This document shows positions 37,817-46,868 of a DNA stretch of 64,000 nucleotides, piece by piece. Origin of the DNA: a virus (Duplodnaviria; Caudoviricetes); IMG/VR virus record IMGVR_UViG_3300037067_012588, one strand, 5' to 3'. Numbering within the stretch: the first letter of the stretch is position 1; every line of letters begins with the position of its first letter. Under the pieces are notes generated by a model. The model ran no database searches, was not told the origin of the DNA, and saw only the letters and a list, made by a program, of their open reading frames with translations. Position numbers and translations under genes: made by a program.

Positions 37817-38371
37817 CTAGGCGAAAAAATGGTTGCTAATCTTTTTATCTTGAGAAACAACATGTTCGATGATGAACTTACAATCATGAGGAGGCGGGTC
37901 GAATATGTCGATTTTTGTATACCAGTTTCTGGTATCTTCTCCAAGCAAACAGCAATCGACCTTTCCAATCTCCCAGTCCGACTCGAACTCTTCCTTGTCC
38001 GATTCAATTGTTATATAATCGTTTTTGTGATGGACGTTGTTTTTGATTACGAGAAACCGCCACTTGCAATTCAGACAAACATCGTGACTCAGCTTAGGGG
38101 TCTCAAGATCAATCCGAATCTTTGTCAATCGTTTTGCCAACGCCAGACCAGCCTCCGACTTGTTAACCTGAACAAGCGCACACTGAAGAATCTTCAGCTC
38201 TTGTCGGCTCTTGATTTTGAAATCAACATCGACCTCGCCTTCTGAGTTGCGAAGCACAAAACACTTTTCAGAAGACATGCGTCTGGCTATGGCGTCTGGA
38301 TTTATCTTTTCATCCCACGAACCAATACGCTTCCACTCTTCAAGCATAGCCTTGGCTTCTTCAGGTGTCAT
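37817..38371 (-). CDS. protein with C-terminal Cys-rich family domain
   Basis: DVCLNC...WEIGKVDC...PPHDCKFIIEHVVSQD. Confidence 0.7.
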   Translation of the reverse strand: MTPEEAKAMLEEWKRIGSWDEKINPDAIARRMSSEKCFVLRNSEGEVDVDFKIKSRQELKILQCALVQVNKSEAGLALAKRLTKIRIDLETPKLSHDVCLNCKWRFLVIKNNVHHKNDYITIESDKEEFESDWEIGKVDCCLLGEDTRNWYTKIDIFDPPPHDCKFIIEHVVSQDKKISNHFFA

Positions 38372-38374
38372 CGT

Positions 38375-38620
38375 TCACTCCGGACGCATAAACGAGTCAC
38401 CAAGTCCGATACAATTGGTGGCGTTGGCAGCGTCTTCCTTTTTCATTTCTTCCGCTTCATCCGTCTTGGAAAACTCAGCAGCAAGACGAGCAATCGATTC
38501 ACCACGAGGCTCATCCATACCAAACCGCTTGGAGTATTCCATCAGAGCGTTGAAGATAATGGATTTGTCATCAGCCGTCAATCCATACACGTTATAGACG
38601 GCTGTCCTTGTAATCTTCAT
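38375..38620 (-). CDS. hypothetical protein
   Basis: MKITRTAVY... Confidence 0.55.
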   Translation of the reverse strand: MKITRTAVYNVYGLTADDKSIIFNALMEYSKRFGMDEPRGESIARLAAEFSKTDEAEEMKKEDAANATNCIGLGDSFMRPE

Positions 38621-38625
38621 AAGAG

Positions 38626-39183
38626 TCAATCCTTGTTGAACAGGCTTGTATCGTTGTCCTGACCCGTCTCGAAACTGCGTGCCGTCTTGGACGAGGTCAC
38701 AATGGTGATATCGATTTGCTGACGCCCGAGAATGCTGCAAATCAGGCTGGATGGGAAAACGGAAAGAAGGTTGTCGTGTTCACGCTTCAAGTCGACCAGT
38801 TCCTTCTGGCGCTGTGTCCACGAATCACGGGACGCAACGATGATGTTTTGAAGGTTCTCATACGTCTTGACATCGACATTCGGGATGGATTCCTGAACCA
38901 TCTTCATCAGACCGCCACCACCGCCATTACCCGTTCGTGCCTCAGCATGAGCTGTGTATATTTCCTTCAGCTTCGTCATCTGGGCATCCGTACATTGGGC
39001 GACTTGCTGAACCTTCTTCCACATATTGTCGAATTCGCTCGTGTTGTCCTTCTGCTTGGCGGTAATCGTGTTGCGCAGTCGGGCTTCCGTATTCATCGTG
39101 CCGACAAACATGATGCCGAGAACGATAACGAACACCACACCGACACCAAACAAACCCAGAACAATCATCAACGTCTTGCTCAT
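38626..39183 (-). CDS. membrane-anchored helical protein (LemA-like)
   Basis: N-terminal TM, long helices, ESIPN, HDNLLSVFPS. Confidence 0.55.
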   Translation of the reverse strand: MSKTLMIVLGLFGVGVVFVIVLGIMFVGTMNTEARLRNTITAKQKDNTSEFDNMWKKVQQVAQCTDAQMTKLKEIYTAHAEARTGNGGGGGLMKMVQESIPNVDVKTYENLQNIIVASRDSWTQRQKELVDLKREHDNLLSVFPSSLICSILGRQQIDITIVTSSKTARSFETGQDNDTSLFNKD

Positions 39184-39220
39184 GTAAAAATCCTCTCTTT
39201 CTGAAGTGTTACGACGAAAA

Positions 39221-39421
39221 CTACTCGATAATCAAGTCAAGGGAGACAGACCCTGTCTTATGACGTTCTGCGTGGGTACTGGAACCAGTAAACACAAACC
39301 AAGAATGAACAAGAACTCCACCGTCCGGAGATAAAATCTTTCCTGTCGCCAAACAACCTTCAATCTTCTCGACAATGGCAGTCCTACCGCACATAACCTT
39401 GTATTCTCCGACAGTAACCAT
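39221..39421 (-). CDS. hypothetical protein
   Basis: ORF downstream of a GGACGATG motif. Confidence 0.55.
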   Translation of the reverse strand: MVTVGEYKVMCGRTAIVEKIEGCLATGKILSPDGGVLVHSWFVFTGSSTHAERHKTGSVSLDLIIE

Positions 39422-39452
39422 TCCATTCCCCTTTCTTAAGCCTTCAATAGTA

Positions 39453-39460
39453 CATCGTCC
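39453..39460 (-). promoter_or_regulatory. GGACGATG upstream motif
   Basis: Intergenic, about 32 nt upstream of the start at 39421. Confidence 0.55.
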
Positions 39461-39495
39461 AAGTCTGAATTTTCTAGTAGAAAATCAGACTTGTT

Positions 39496-39843
39496 TTATA
39501 CATCCTCCATCACAAGCTCCAACAGATACGGGCAGTTTATCTCACGATTCGTGTACCGAGTCAAATCAACATCGGCTGGATACTCAGAGAGAAAAACCTC
39601 ACCCTTTTGACACGGCGAAAAGGAATGATGGCTTCCTGAAATAATTTCGTCTTCTCTCTTAACATAATACGCATGGTTTTCAATCCGAACATCTTTTGCC
39701 AAACACATGCGGCAAATACGGCTCTTATGCCGAACGTTGATAAAGAAGTCCCCAAAAGGAATAACAACCGCAATAGGTATTTCCTCAATAGGCTCCCTTG
39801 GTTTGCGCTTGAAAATCCCACAAAAAGATTCGAAAAGACTCAT
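39496..39843 (-). CDS. Cys-rich family protein
   Basis: RICRMC ... NCPYLLELVME. Confidence 0.65.
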   Translation of the reverse strand: MSLFESFCGIFKRKPREPIEEIPIAVVIPFGDFFINVRHKSRICRMCLAKDVRIENHAYYVKREDEIISGSHHSFSPCQKGEVFLSEYPADVDLTRYTNREINCPYLLELVMEDV

Positions 39844-40058
39844 ATCTCAAGTCCTCTTTTCAAAGCAGTATAACACATCGCCCAATATTCTTCGCAAACG
39901 AGATTCTCCCAGCTTTCCGAATCAGAACACACCACTTTCTTCAGGGCATTGCGACGAATCATGGCGATAGCAGCAATAAGGTGATGGTCATCCATGTCAC
40001 CGACAAGAATAACATCACCGTTTCTCATTTTCCACTCAACAAGCTCAAACCATTCCAT
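39840..40058 (-). CDS. hypothetical protein
   Basis: W...G....V.DMDDHHL. Confidence 0.6.
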   Translation of the reverse strand: MEWFELVEWKMRNGDVILVGDMDDHHLIAAIAMIRRNALKKVVCSDSESWENLVCEEYWAMCYTALKRGLEI

Positions 40059-40083
40059 TCTTTGCTCCCTTCGGATATTATAC

Positions 40084-40091
40084 CATCGTCC
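40084..40091 (-). promoter_or_regulatory. GGACGATG upstream motif
   Basis: About 26 nt upstream of the start at 40058. Confidence 0.5.
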
Positions 40092-40106
40092 GACAAGCAA
40101 AAAATT

Positions 40107-40391
40107 TTACTTTTTGAGCATTTTCTCAAGCGTCTCGGCCGACATTGGCCCGACATAGCCTTCAGTAGCCTCCACATACGGACAATCAGACGGCAATGCC
40201 CGTTGACGAATAGCATCTTCTGTCGACAAGCATCCTACGCCCTTTTCAAATCGCCTTGAGTATGCCTTACAGAGATTCGTACTTACGTCCAAAAACTGAC
40301 ACGGACGCCTTGTGAAGGCTGGTCCTATATCCGTAAGCACTTTGTAATAACAACAACGACCACAACGGCGGCAAACATCTTCATTGTCCAT
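40107..40391 (-). CDS. YkgJ/YcgN-like CxxCxxCC cysteine-cluster protein
   Basis: CRRCGRCC, PCQFLD...C..Y..R, LPSDCPY. Confidence 0.8.
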   Translation of the reverse strand: MDNEDVCRRCGRCCYYKVLTDIGPAFTRRPCQFLDVSTNLCKAYSRRFEKGVGCLSTEDAIRQRALPSDCPYVEATEGYVGPMSAETLEKMLKK

Positions 40392-40402
40392 TCATTTACC
40401 CT

Positions 40403-41020
40403 TCAATAGAACGTAATATTTTCGCCATCTTTCGATGCGATTTTTCTCATCTTTGGAGAATCAACGATGCTACTCGGATAAATATTGATTGGCTCCACGC
40501 CCCAAAATGACCCAGAACGACTCGTCATCGTGTTTGCATATTCACATCCAGCAGCATACAGCTCTGAACAAACCCACTCAGAAGGTGATCCGTCCTTTGT
40601 TGGAACGGTTATTGAGAGTCCAAATTTCTTATTCAACCACTGTAGCGCAATCCGATACGCAATCGGAATGTATTCCAGATATCCATACTCTTCTTCAAGA
40701 TGTTGAACCATGAATGCTGCAATCAATTCTTGGTCCTCAACAACCCAACTATATGGTCGCATCACAACAAAATCTGCTTGAACTGAAGAAAGAGGAATCA
40801 AACGAACCTTTGAGAAAACACCAGCAAAAACTGGACCTGCTCCAACAAGAATAGATTTCCCAAACAACTCTCCTGCATAACATTCGACATGGGTATACGG
40901 CGAACCCGTAAAAAAGCGAATAGCAGCAGTTGGAAATCCTGCACTCTTCGTTACCAAGGCATCGCCTGGACGAAGGGTATCCATGAGCTTGTTAATATCA
41001 TCTGCTTTCACTTCTTTCAT
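40403..41020 (-). CDS. permuted papain-like amidase (YaeF/YiiX, C92)
   Basis: LRPGD, SPYTH, CSEL (His before Cys). Confidence 0.75.
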   Translation of the reverse strand: MKEVKADDINKLMDTLRPGDALVTKSAGFPTAAIRFFTGSPYTHVECYAGELFGKSILVGAGPVFAGVFSKVRLIPLSSVQADFVVMRPYSWVVEDQELIAAFMVQHLEEEYGYLEYIPIAYRIALQWLNKKFGLSITVPTKDGSPSEWVCSELYAAGCEYANTMTSRSGSFWGVEPINIYPSSIVDSPKMRKIASKDGENITFY

Positions 41021-41205
41021 TCGTCATCTTCCTCATCGTCATCAATCTCAAATGCTGGACTATCAACCAGCGCCTCAAGTTCATCTGCAGATTCTCGCAA
41101 CTCAAAAATCACCTCTTCAACCTCATCCGCCGAGACAGGACCATACTGTGGAAAGCTCTCCAGAATATTCATGATTCTTCTACGAAGCGTTTGGTATGTC
41201 ATCAC
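41017..41205 (-). CDS. small acidic protein
   Basis: GGGGGA RBS; ATGA overlap. Confidence 0.55.
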   Translation of the reverse strand: MMTYQTLRRRIMNILESFPQYGPVSADEVEEVIFELRESADELEALVDSPAFEIDDDEEDDE

Positions 41206-41261
41206 AAATCCCCCCTAAAAGTTCTTATACCATTAGAGGATTATCAAAAAAATGTTTCTTG

Positions 41262-41801
41262 TTATAACTCCTTGTCCGACATGAACTTTCCAACTTCTGA
41301 CAAAAGAAGGCTTGCAGATTCGTTGTCCTTGTTGAGAAGAGGAACAGACCTCTGCAAGAGAATACATGAACGCCGAAGAAGACTTGACAGAATGGTTATT
41401 CTTTTTTGAAGATTCTTGACAGCATTTTCAGCCTCTATGCTGACTTGCCGAATCTGTTGGGACTCTAACTGAAGAATCTCCAGTTGCTGAAAAGCTTTTT
41501 GAATGCTTGGAAATAAAGAAGCAAAAGGACTCTCGATTTCTTCTACAGCTTTTGGCATTGAACACTTACATGTCTTCCAAACAGGAGAAACTATTTCATC
41601 CTTTGCCATTCCTTCTGGATATGCAATAATCTTTCCACGACCACCACATATCTGACAATCACTGGCTCGAAACTGTCGCCCAATAATGACCTCACCAACA
41701 ATCTGGTCAACTTCATCATTCGACAAACTACTATTCGTTTTCCAAATCAGGTCCGCAAGAACTTTCGCTTGTTCTTTCATCACCATCTCTATCTTTCCCA
41801 T
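41262..41801 (-). CDS. hypothetical protein with zinc finger and coiled coil
   Basis: CQICGGRG...CKC. Confidence 0.6.
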   Translation of the reverse strand: MGKIEMVMKEQAKVLADLIWKTNSSLSNDEVDQIVGEVIIGRQFRASDCQICGGRGKIIAYPEGMAKDEIVSPVWKTCKCSMPKAVEEIESPFASLFPSIQKAFQQLEILQLESQQIRQVSIEAENAVKNLQKRITILSSLLRRSCILLQRSVPLLNKDNESASLLLSEVGKFMSDKEL

Positions 41802-42168
41802 CTTGAACAACCTCCTGCATAAGATATCGCTTTTTGTTTGTCTGGCGTTCAGCAATGCGTTCTGCACATCGAACAATTTGAATCAGAACTTGCGAATATG
41901 GAATATGAAATCTTAATGAAATTTTTCGTGCAACAGAGACAACATCCATTCCGTCTCTCAACATCTCTCTGGCAATTTTTATCGGCAAAAAACATTGGCT
42001 ATCAAAACCAACCTCATTCCAATCGTCTGGCGGAATAGCTTTCGCCTTAGAATGCGCACGCAATTGAGACTCATCAGATATCCCACGCCCACCCTCACCC
42101 AAAGCCTTCTTTCTTCCACGAGGACATCTAGTTTGTGTTCTTGGAAGCTTTTTATACGTCCGTCCCAT
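41731..42168 (-). CDS. basic hypothetical protein
   Basis: AGGAG RBS. Confidence 0.55.
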   Translation of the reverse strand: MGRTYKKLPRTQTRCPRGRKKALGEGGRGISDESQLRAHSKAKAIPPDDWNEVGFDSQCFLPIKIAREMLRDGMDVVSVARKISLRFHIPYSQVLIQIVRCAERIAERQTNKKRYLMQEVVQDGKDRDGDERTSESSCGPDLENE

Positions 42169-42200
42169 TTTTATCTCCTATACATAATCCGTATTATCTA

Positions 42201-42233
42201 AAAAAACATAACACCGTGAAAATCACGGTGTTT
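42201..42233 (-). terminator. probable intrinsic terminator
   Basis: ACACCGTGA-TTT-TCACGGTGT followed by TATGTTTTTTT on the minus strand. Confidence 0.6.
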
Positions 42234-42262
42234 CTTTATATTTCAATCTTGGTAATATTGCT

Positions 42263-42481
42263 TTACGTCTTTTGAGTTTTATGTTCTTCTTTGTGTTCAC
42301 AATGCTCAGGAGGACCATCTTTGAATCGAAAAGCCCTTGAACGACTTTCAGCAAATGGGCAATAAACTATTTTGTCTTCCCAAAAAGATGCATCAAAGAC
42401 AGTATGGTTCCATCGCCATTCTGGACGATTATTCACTACAGCCCAAGCATCGATACATTTCTGACAGACAATCAACTTCAT
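42263..42481 (-). CDS. Cys-rich family small protein
   Basis: IVCQKC...FWEDKIVYCP...PPEHCEHKEEH. Confidence 0.65.
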   Translation of the reverse strand: MKLIVCQKCIDAWAVVNNRPEWRWNHTVFDASFWEDKIVYCPFAESRSRAFRFKDGPPEHCEHKEEHKTQKT

Positions 42482-42486
42482 CTTCT

Positions 42487-42798
42487 TCACCGGGAAATCC
42501 CAGACGGAGAATGTGTTGCAATCCATTCCGCCTCATTCACAGCAAGAAGAAACTTCTGAGCAGTGACCCTTACAACATCTGGACATTGTTCATATTGAAT
42601 CTGAGTTCCATATTCACAAACAACATCAACGCCATCCTCTCGGATGCTTTCTGGCTCATATTCGAACTGTCCTTCATCAGAATCTTCACCATTTGTTGAA
42701 AACCCACTGTTGTTTGGAAATACCAAAACAAAATGCGAGTTTGCTTGTGTTGCTATGCCCTTGTCCCAACAACGTATATTTGAGATTGCGAAAGCCAT
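42487..42798 (-). CDS. hypothetical protein
   Basis: GGAGG RBS. Confidence 0.6.
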   Translation of the reverse strand: MAFAISNIRCWDKGIATQANSHFVLVFPNNSGFSTNGEDSDEGQFEYEPESIREDGVDVVCEYGTQIQYEQCPDVVRVTAQKFLLAVNEAEWIATHSPSGISR

Positions 42799-42906
42799 GA
42801 TTGAATCCTCCCGAAAAGAAGATACCTACCTCATGGCTAATTATCAGTTTTTTGTGACTATGCCCAAAGATTTATTCTTGTACTTCTAAGGAAAGACGGT
42901 TGTTTG

Positions 42907-43335
42907 TCAAATGTTTTTTTGTAAAACCTGCTCCACAACAAAGGGACAATCATTGGGAACCTTACCGCCAGACAAATAAAACAGAAGACCACCACTTGTC
43001 TGTCCACTCATGATACCATCTCCAAGAATAACACGATTGGCTTCACAACGCTTTTTGCATAAACGACATATAGCTTCGGAAGCATGAATCAGAGAATCTT
43101 GGCGAGGACTCATTTTCATCTCTACGACAAATTGACAAATCTCTGCCCATATGGAAAGTTTGGTGATTGGAATCTTTTCTGAATTATTCTCCCATCTCGA
43201 TATTGTGCTTGCAGATACAAGCATCCGCTCAGCTAAAGACTTTTGAGAGAATCCAGCATTTTTTCGTCCATGTTTCAGTTTGAAAGATAGGTCTTTGAAA
43301 AAATCATTTTCCATACCATCATCCCAAAGTGACAA
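42907..43335 (-). CDS. XRE-family HTH fused to the Cys-rich family domain
   Basis: RKNAGFSQKSLAERM.VS.STISRWEN; ICRLC...PNDCPFVVEQVL. Confidence 0.8.
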   Translation of the reverse strand: MSLWDDGMENDFFKDLSFKLKHGRKNAGFSQKSLAERMLVSASTISRWENNSEKIPITKLSIWAEICQFVVEMKMSPRQDSLIHASEAICRLCKKRCEANRVILGDGIMSGQTSGGLLFYLSGGKVPNDCPFVVEQVLQKNI

Positions 43336-43792
43336 GAATAACCGAATCAGGGAAATCAGCTTCTTCTGTCATTTCTATACACTCTCGAACTGGTAATCCA
43401 CCACAACCAGCTCCAAATAACGGAAGCTTGACGACATCATCTGTATGCGAACCAACCCAATTCTTCAGTTGAACAAACGAATTACGAATCGTTGCCCGAT
43501 CTGATTTACCCTTCCATGATGCCCAGGGTTGACTCCTTACCAAAGCCTTCGATGGTGCGCAGATAATTTTGTTGTCACTGTCGACGTAAATTTCATCCTC
43601 ATATGTCTGACACCATCGACCATAATCCAACGGAAGCGACCGATACCGTGCTGATGCTAACTTTGCAAGTCCAGCACCCATTACGTTCCGACCATCTTCA
43701 CGCCATCCAACATTTGTTGGAATTACAATCCATCCATCTTTTGGCTCAACAACAAAAATATCACCAATCGCTCGTAACATATCAATCTCCAT
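43319..43792 (-). CDS. macro-domain (ADP-ribose) protein
   Basis: GDIF, IVIPTN, VMGAGLAK, LPLFGAGCGGL. Confidence 0.8.
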   Translation of the reverse strand: MEIDMLRAIGDIFVVEPKDGWIVIPTNVGWREDGRNVMGAGLAKLASARYRSLPLDYGRWCQTYEDEIYVDSDNKIICAPSKALVRSQPWASWKGKSDRATIRNSFVQLKNWVGSHTDDVVKLPLFGAGCGGLPVRECIEMTEEADFPDSVILVTLG

Positions 43793-43827
43793 GTCTTTAC
43801 CACCCATGAAGATTATACGTTTGGCGA

Positions 43828-44823
43828 CTAAATAAACGACTGGAAATTCTCCAATACTTCCTTAATAACATCACCATGACACATCTTTGGCGCACACCAA
43901 CACTGTAAACGAAGCTCGCCTGTTGCTTCGGCAATTCCCTTAAGTCTTTCCAACTCAACCAACACAGGCTCGTCCTTTTCCTTTATCTTCTCAATGAGCC
44001 ATGCTCGATACTTCGCAATCACAGCAGGACGATCCGATTCACACTCCAATTGAAATGGACTCCCAAGAGGAGATGGGCGTCCTATGTATTCCCCCTTGCC
44101 GCCAAGCTTTTTGTTTACAACCTTGACCTCAAACAAGGGCAAAGGTTCTAACCCAACAAGATATCGATAGGGCATACCAGCCTTACCAAAAACAATTCTG
44201 AATAATCCTTCACGTCCTTCTCGTAAGACCTTTGATATCCACCGTTGGTCTCGCAAATATACGCCTTGCTTGCTCAATAACTGTGCTCCAAACTCAGACT
44301 TTCTTTTGTAGAAATTCAACCAAAGTGTTTTTACTTTCTCATCTGCAAAACAACGATTCTTCGATTCGTTTCTGCTAATCTTCAAATCAGAATATAAATC
44401 CCAGTTGAACGAGCGAAGAAACTCATCAACAAGATCAAAAAAATGGATCTTGTGCCCAAAAAAACAATTTTCAATCGTAATCGGTTCGCCTGTTTCACGA
44501 CAACGAATAGCGTGAACCTCTCCAAGATCATCATCACAAAACGAATGCTGAATGAAGAATGTTCTACGAAATTCTATAGCTTCCCATGCAGCCACACGAA
44601 TGTTGTTGATATGTTGAACCCATCTCTTTGCCTCTAATTTTTCGACTGGCATTTTCTTGTGTTTATCTGCGTGCAAGCAATCTTGTGGAATCGCTTTTGT
44701 GGAAATCTTTCTTCGAATGTTTGGACAATTCAATTCTCCCATTGTCCACATTGTCTCTCGTGAACAGGACCATGTCGATGCAAAATCACCGACACATTCT
44801 CGGCAAACATCCTTAGATAGCAC
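43828..44823 (-). CDS. multidomain protein: N-terminal Cys-rich family domain, C-terminal DUF4326-like domain
   Basis: KDVCREC...W..GELNCP; YIGRPSPLGSPF...CWCAPK.CHGDVI. Confidence 0.75.
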   Translation of the reverse strand: MLSKDVCRECVGDFASTWSCSRETMWTMGELNCPNIRRKISTKAIPQDCLHADKHKKMPVEKLEAKRWVQHINNIRVAAWEAIEFRRTFFIQHSFCDDDLGEVHAIRCRETGEPITIENCFFGHKIHFFDLVDEFLRSFNWDLYSDLKISRNESKNRCFADEKVKTLWLNFYKRKSEFGAQLLSKQGVYLRDQRWISKVLREGREGLFRIVFGKAGMPYRYLVGLEPLPLFEVKVVNKKLGGKGEYIGRPSPLGSPFQLECESDRPAVIAKYRAWLIEKIKEKDEPVLVELERLKGIAEATGELRLQCWCAPKMCHGDVIKEVLENFQSFI

Positions 44824-44835
44824 AAGAACCCTCCA

Positions 44836-45156
44836 TTACTCTTCTAGAAGAACAATATGCTCGACTGAATATGGACACCAAGATGGTATGTTTTTCGTAA
44901 TCTTTTCCATCTGATCAATACTTGCTTGTCCATTTCCTGTTGACAGTGAACAACGCTTGGCAATAAGACAACGTTTACAAGCAACATCCATAGGGTCATG
45001 TGCGCCAAAACAAACACCAGCAGGTTCGGCATCTCTCAGTTTTTCTGGACAAATCTTTGTGATGTCGCCTTTATTCCAAAGCTTATCAAGCGCCGACGTC
45101 CAACGCTCAACGCAATGCTGACAAATTATCTTCTGAAGACCATCACAAGCCACCAT
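44836..45156 (-). CDS. Cys-rich family protein
   Basis: IICQHC...WNKG...CP...PSWCPYSVEHIV. Confidence 0.72.
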   Translation of the reverse strand: MVACDGLQKIICQHCVERWTSALDKLWNKGDITKICPEKLRDAEPAGVCFGAHDPMDVACKRCLIAKRCSLSTGNGQASIDQMEKITKNIPSWCPYSVEHIVLLEE

Positions 45157-45235
45157 CGTCCCCTTTTATAACAACCATTCCATACTATACGATTAAGACA
45201 TGATTTCAAAACCATTTTATTGGAGAACGTAAACG

Positions 45236-45271
45236 GAACAAAACGGGCTTACGCTTATTGGCGAAGCCCGT
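45236..45271 (-). terminator. intrinsic terminator-like hairpin
   Basis: ACGGGCTT...AAGCCCGT followed by TTTGTT. Confidence 0.6.
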
Positions 45272-45334
45272 GAAATTGACACATTGTTCCGACAACCCAT
45301 CTGGAAGTCTCAAGCCGTTTGCGCTTTTCTTTCC

Positions 45335-46051
45335 TCACTCGTTCTTTCCAGATTCTGCAACGGCATTATCAAAATTCAACCCAAGACGGAACGCCGTAAA
45401 CCGAACATCAACCAAGAGACCCTGAAGAGCTTCCTGATCCGTGCATTTCTCACGAGCAGCAATGCCGTGAATCAACAAGTCAATCGCATCAGAAAGCCTC
45501 GGTTTGGATGTCCGAACAACATCAGCCTTCATCTTCTTTTCAGGAACCTTCGAAACAGGCTTGTCGGTGGCGAACGTGATATTTGCCTCGACTTCCTTCC
45601 GCATCTTTGTGAAGTCATACTCAAACGAATCCAAGACGTCTTCCGACAACGGAGGCTTTTCGTTACCATATGCCTTGAATGTATCATGATTGAAGAGATT
45701 GCCACATTCAGGAATATATCCACAGAGACGCTTGCCGTTCCAATAGACAATGAAATACACAGGAACCTCGTGGTCACCTCCAGCATGAAGAACCAACACA
45801 GGAAGCATACCACCCAACAAGAGCCTTGGTCCACACCAGTCATCAGCAGTAGACGGTGTTGCTGAAACGTTCTTCCACTTGAAATCGACCCCTTTCAGGT
45901 CGGCAACAACTTCAGGGAAGATTTTGTCGAAATACTCAATCGCCTTGACAACGCCATCCTTGTATTGGCTAGAACGAATCCACTCAACAATCCTCTTGTT
46001 GAAGTAAGCCATCAAATCTGCCTCGCCAATGATCTGTGAAAACGTACCCAT
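45335..46051 (-). CDS. hypothetical protein
   Basis: AGGDHE.PVYFIVYWNGK.L.GYIP..GN. Confidence 0.7.
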   Translation of the reverse strand: MGTFSQIIGEADLMAYFNKRIVEWIRSSQYKDGVVKAIEYFDKIFPEVVADLKGVDFKWKNVSATPSTADDWCGPRLLLGGMLPVLVLHAGGDHEVPVYFIVYWNGKRLCGYIPECGNLFNHDTFKAYGNEKPPLSEDVLDSFEYDFTKMRKEVEANITFATDKPVSKVPEKKMKADVVRTSKPRLSDAIDLLIHGIAAREKCTDQEALQGLLVDVRFTAFRLGLNFDNAVAESGKNE

Positions 46052-46055
46052 GTTC

Positions 46056-46334
46056 TTATCCTTTCTTTCTGATAATCTTGCCATAACCCCATTCGATAAG
46101 AGAAACAACTGTCACAGTACCCCACTTGATCATGCTATCAAGCGATGATTTGTCCATCATATGCTGAACTCCGAAACCAGAAATCTCCTGCCTTCCACAA
46201 AGAGGACACTCAAACAAATCCGCATTTCTGACTGTATAGTTGCCGCCACCATAATGGTCGACAACAATAACGCCAGTCTCTTTTGTTTTCATTTCCCTCA
46301 CAGTGTTCTCGCCACAAATACAAACAGGACTCAT
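46056..46334 (-). CDS. zinc-ribbon protein
   Basis: CICG ... CPLCG. Confidence 0.6.
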   Translation of the reverse strand: MSPVCICGENTVREMKTKETGVIVVDHYGGGNYTVRNADLFECPLCGRQEISGFGVQHMMDKSSLDSMIKWGTVTVVSLIEWGYGKIIRKKG

Positions 46335-46355
46335 GATTTTCCTCCCACGACGAAT

Positions 46356-46868
46356 TCAATCATCGTTCTCGCTTGCATTACGAAAGCGAATCACTTCCTT
46401 GACGATTTCAAAAACACGATGATTCTTGATCTCGTCAACGTCTTCCCAAAGATTGTCAATCTGCTCGGCAGTCAACGAATAAAACCAATCATGTTCATTG
46501 ACCATCGAAGGAGCCAACTCAAGAATCAACCCACGAAGCTCATGGGTCTTGTTCTCAATTTCCTCCTTGAGGTGCTTGAACCGACGCTTCTTGACACCAA
46601 TCTCAATGCCCTTGTCGATTGCAGCCTTGGCTGGGTCAACAGCACGAGCAACAACGAAGAAGCCATTCAGTGATTCTTGAAGAAACTTGTCGATGTTCCA
46701 GAAGCCGTTCTTCGTTCTGTATTCCTTCCCGCCCTTCGAACAAGCAACGACATCATAGTGCGGCTTTTCGCACGAGATATACGCCTTCGTGATTTTCCAA
46801 TAGGAAATCCGAACTCCGTTTCGCACACCAAAAACAGTGCCTACTTGGAACTTGCAAACATTACTCAT
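46356..46868 (-). CDS. hypothetical protein
   Basis: MSNVCKFQVG after GAGG. Confidence 0.65.
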   Translation of the reverse strand: MSNVCKFQVGTVFGVRNGVRISYWKITKAYISCEKPHYDVVACSKGGKEYRTKNGFWNIDKFLQESLNGFFVVARAVDPAKAAIDKGIEIGVKKRRFKHLKEEIENKTHELRGLILELAPSMVNEHDWFYSLTAEQIDNLWEDVDEIKNHRVFEIVKEVIRFRNASENDD

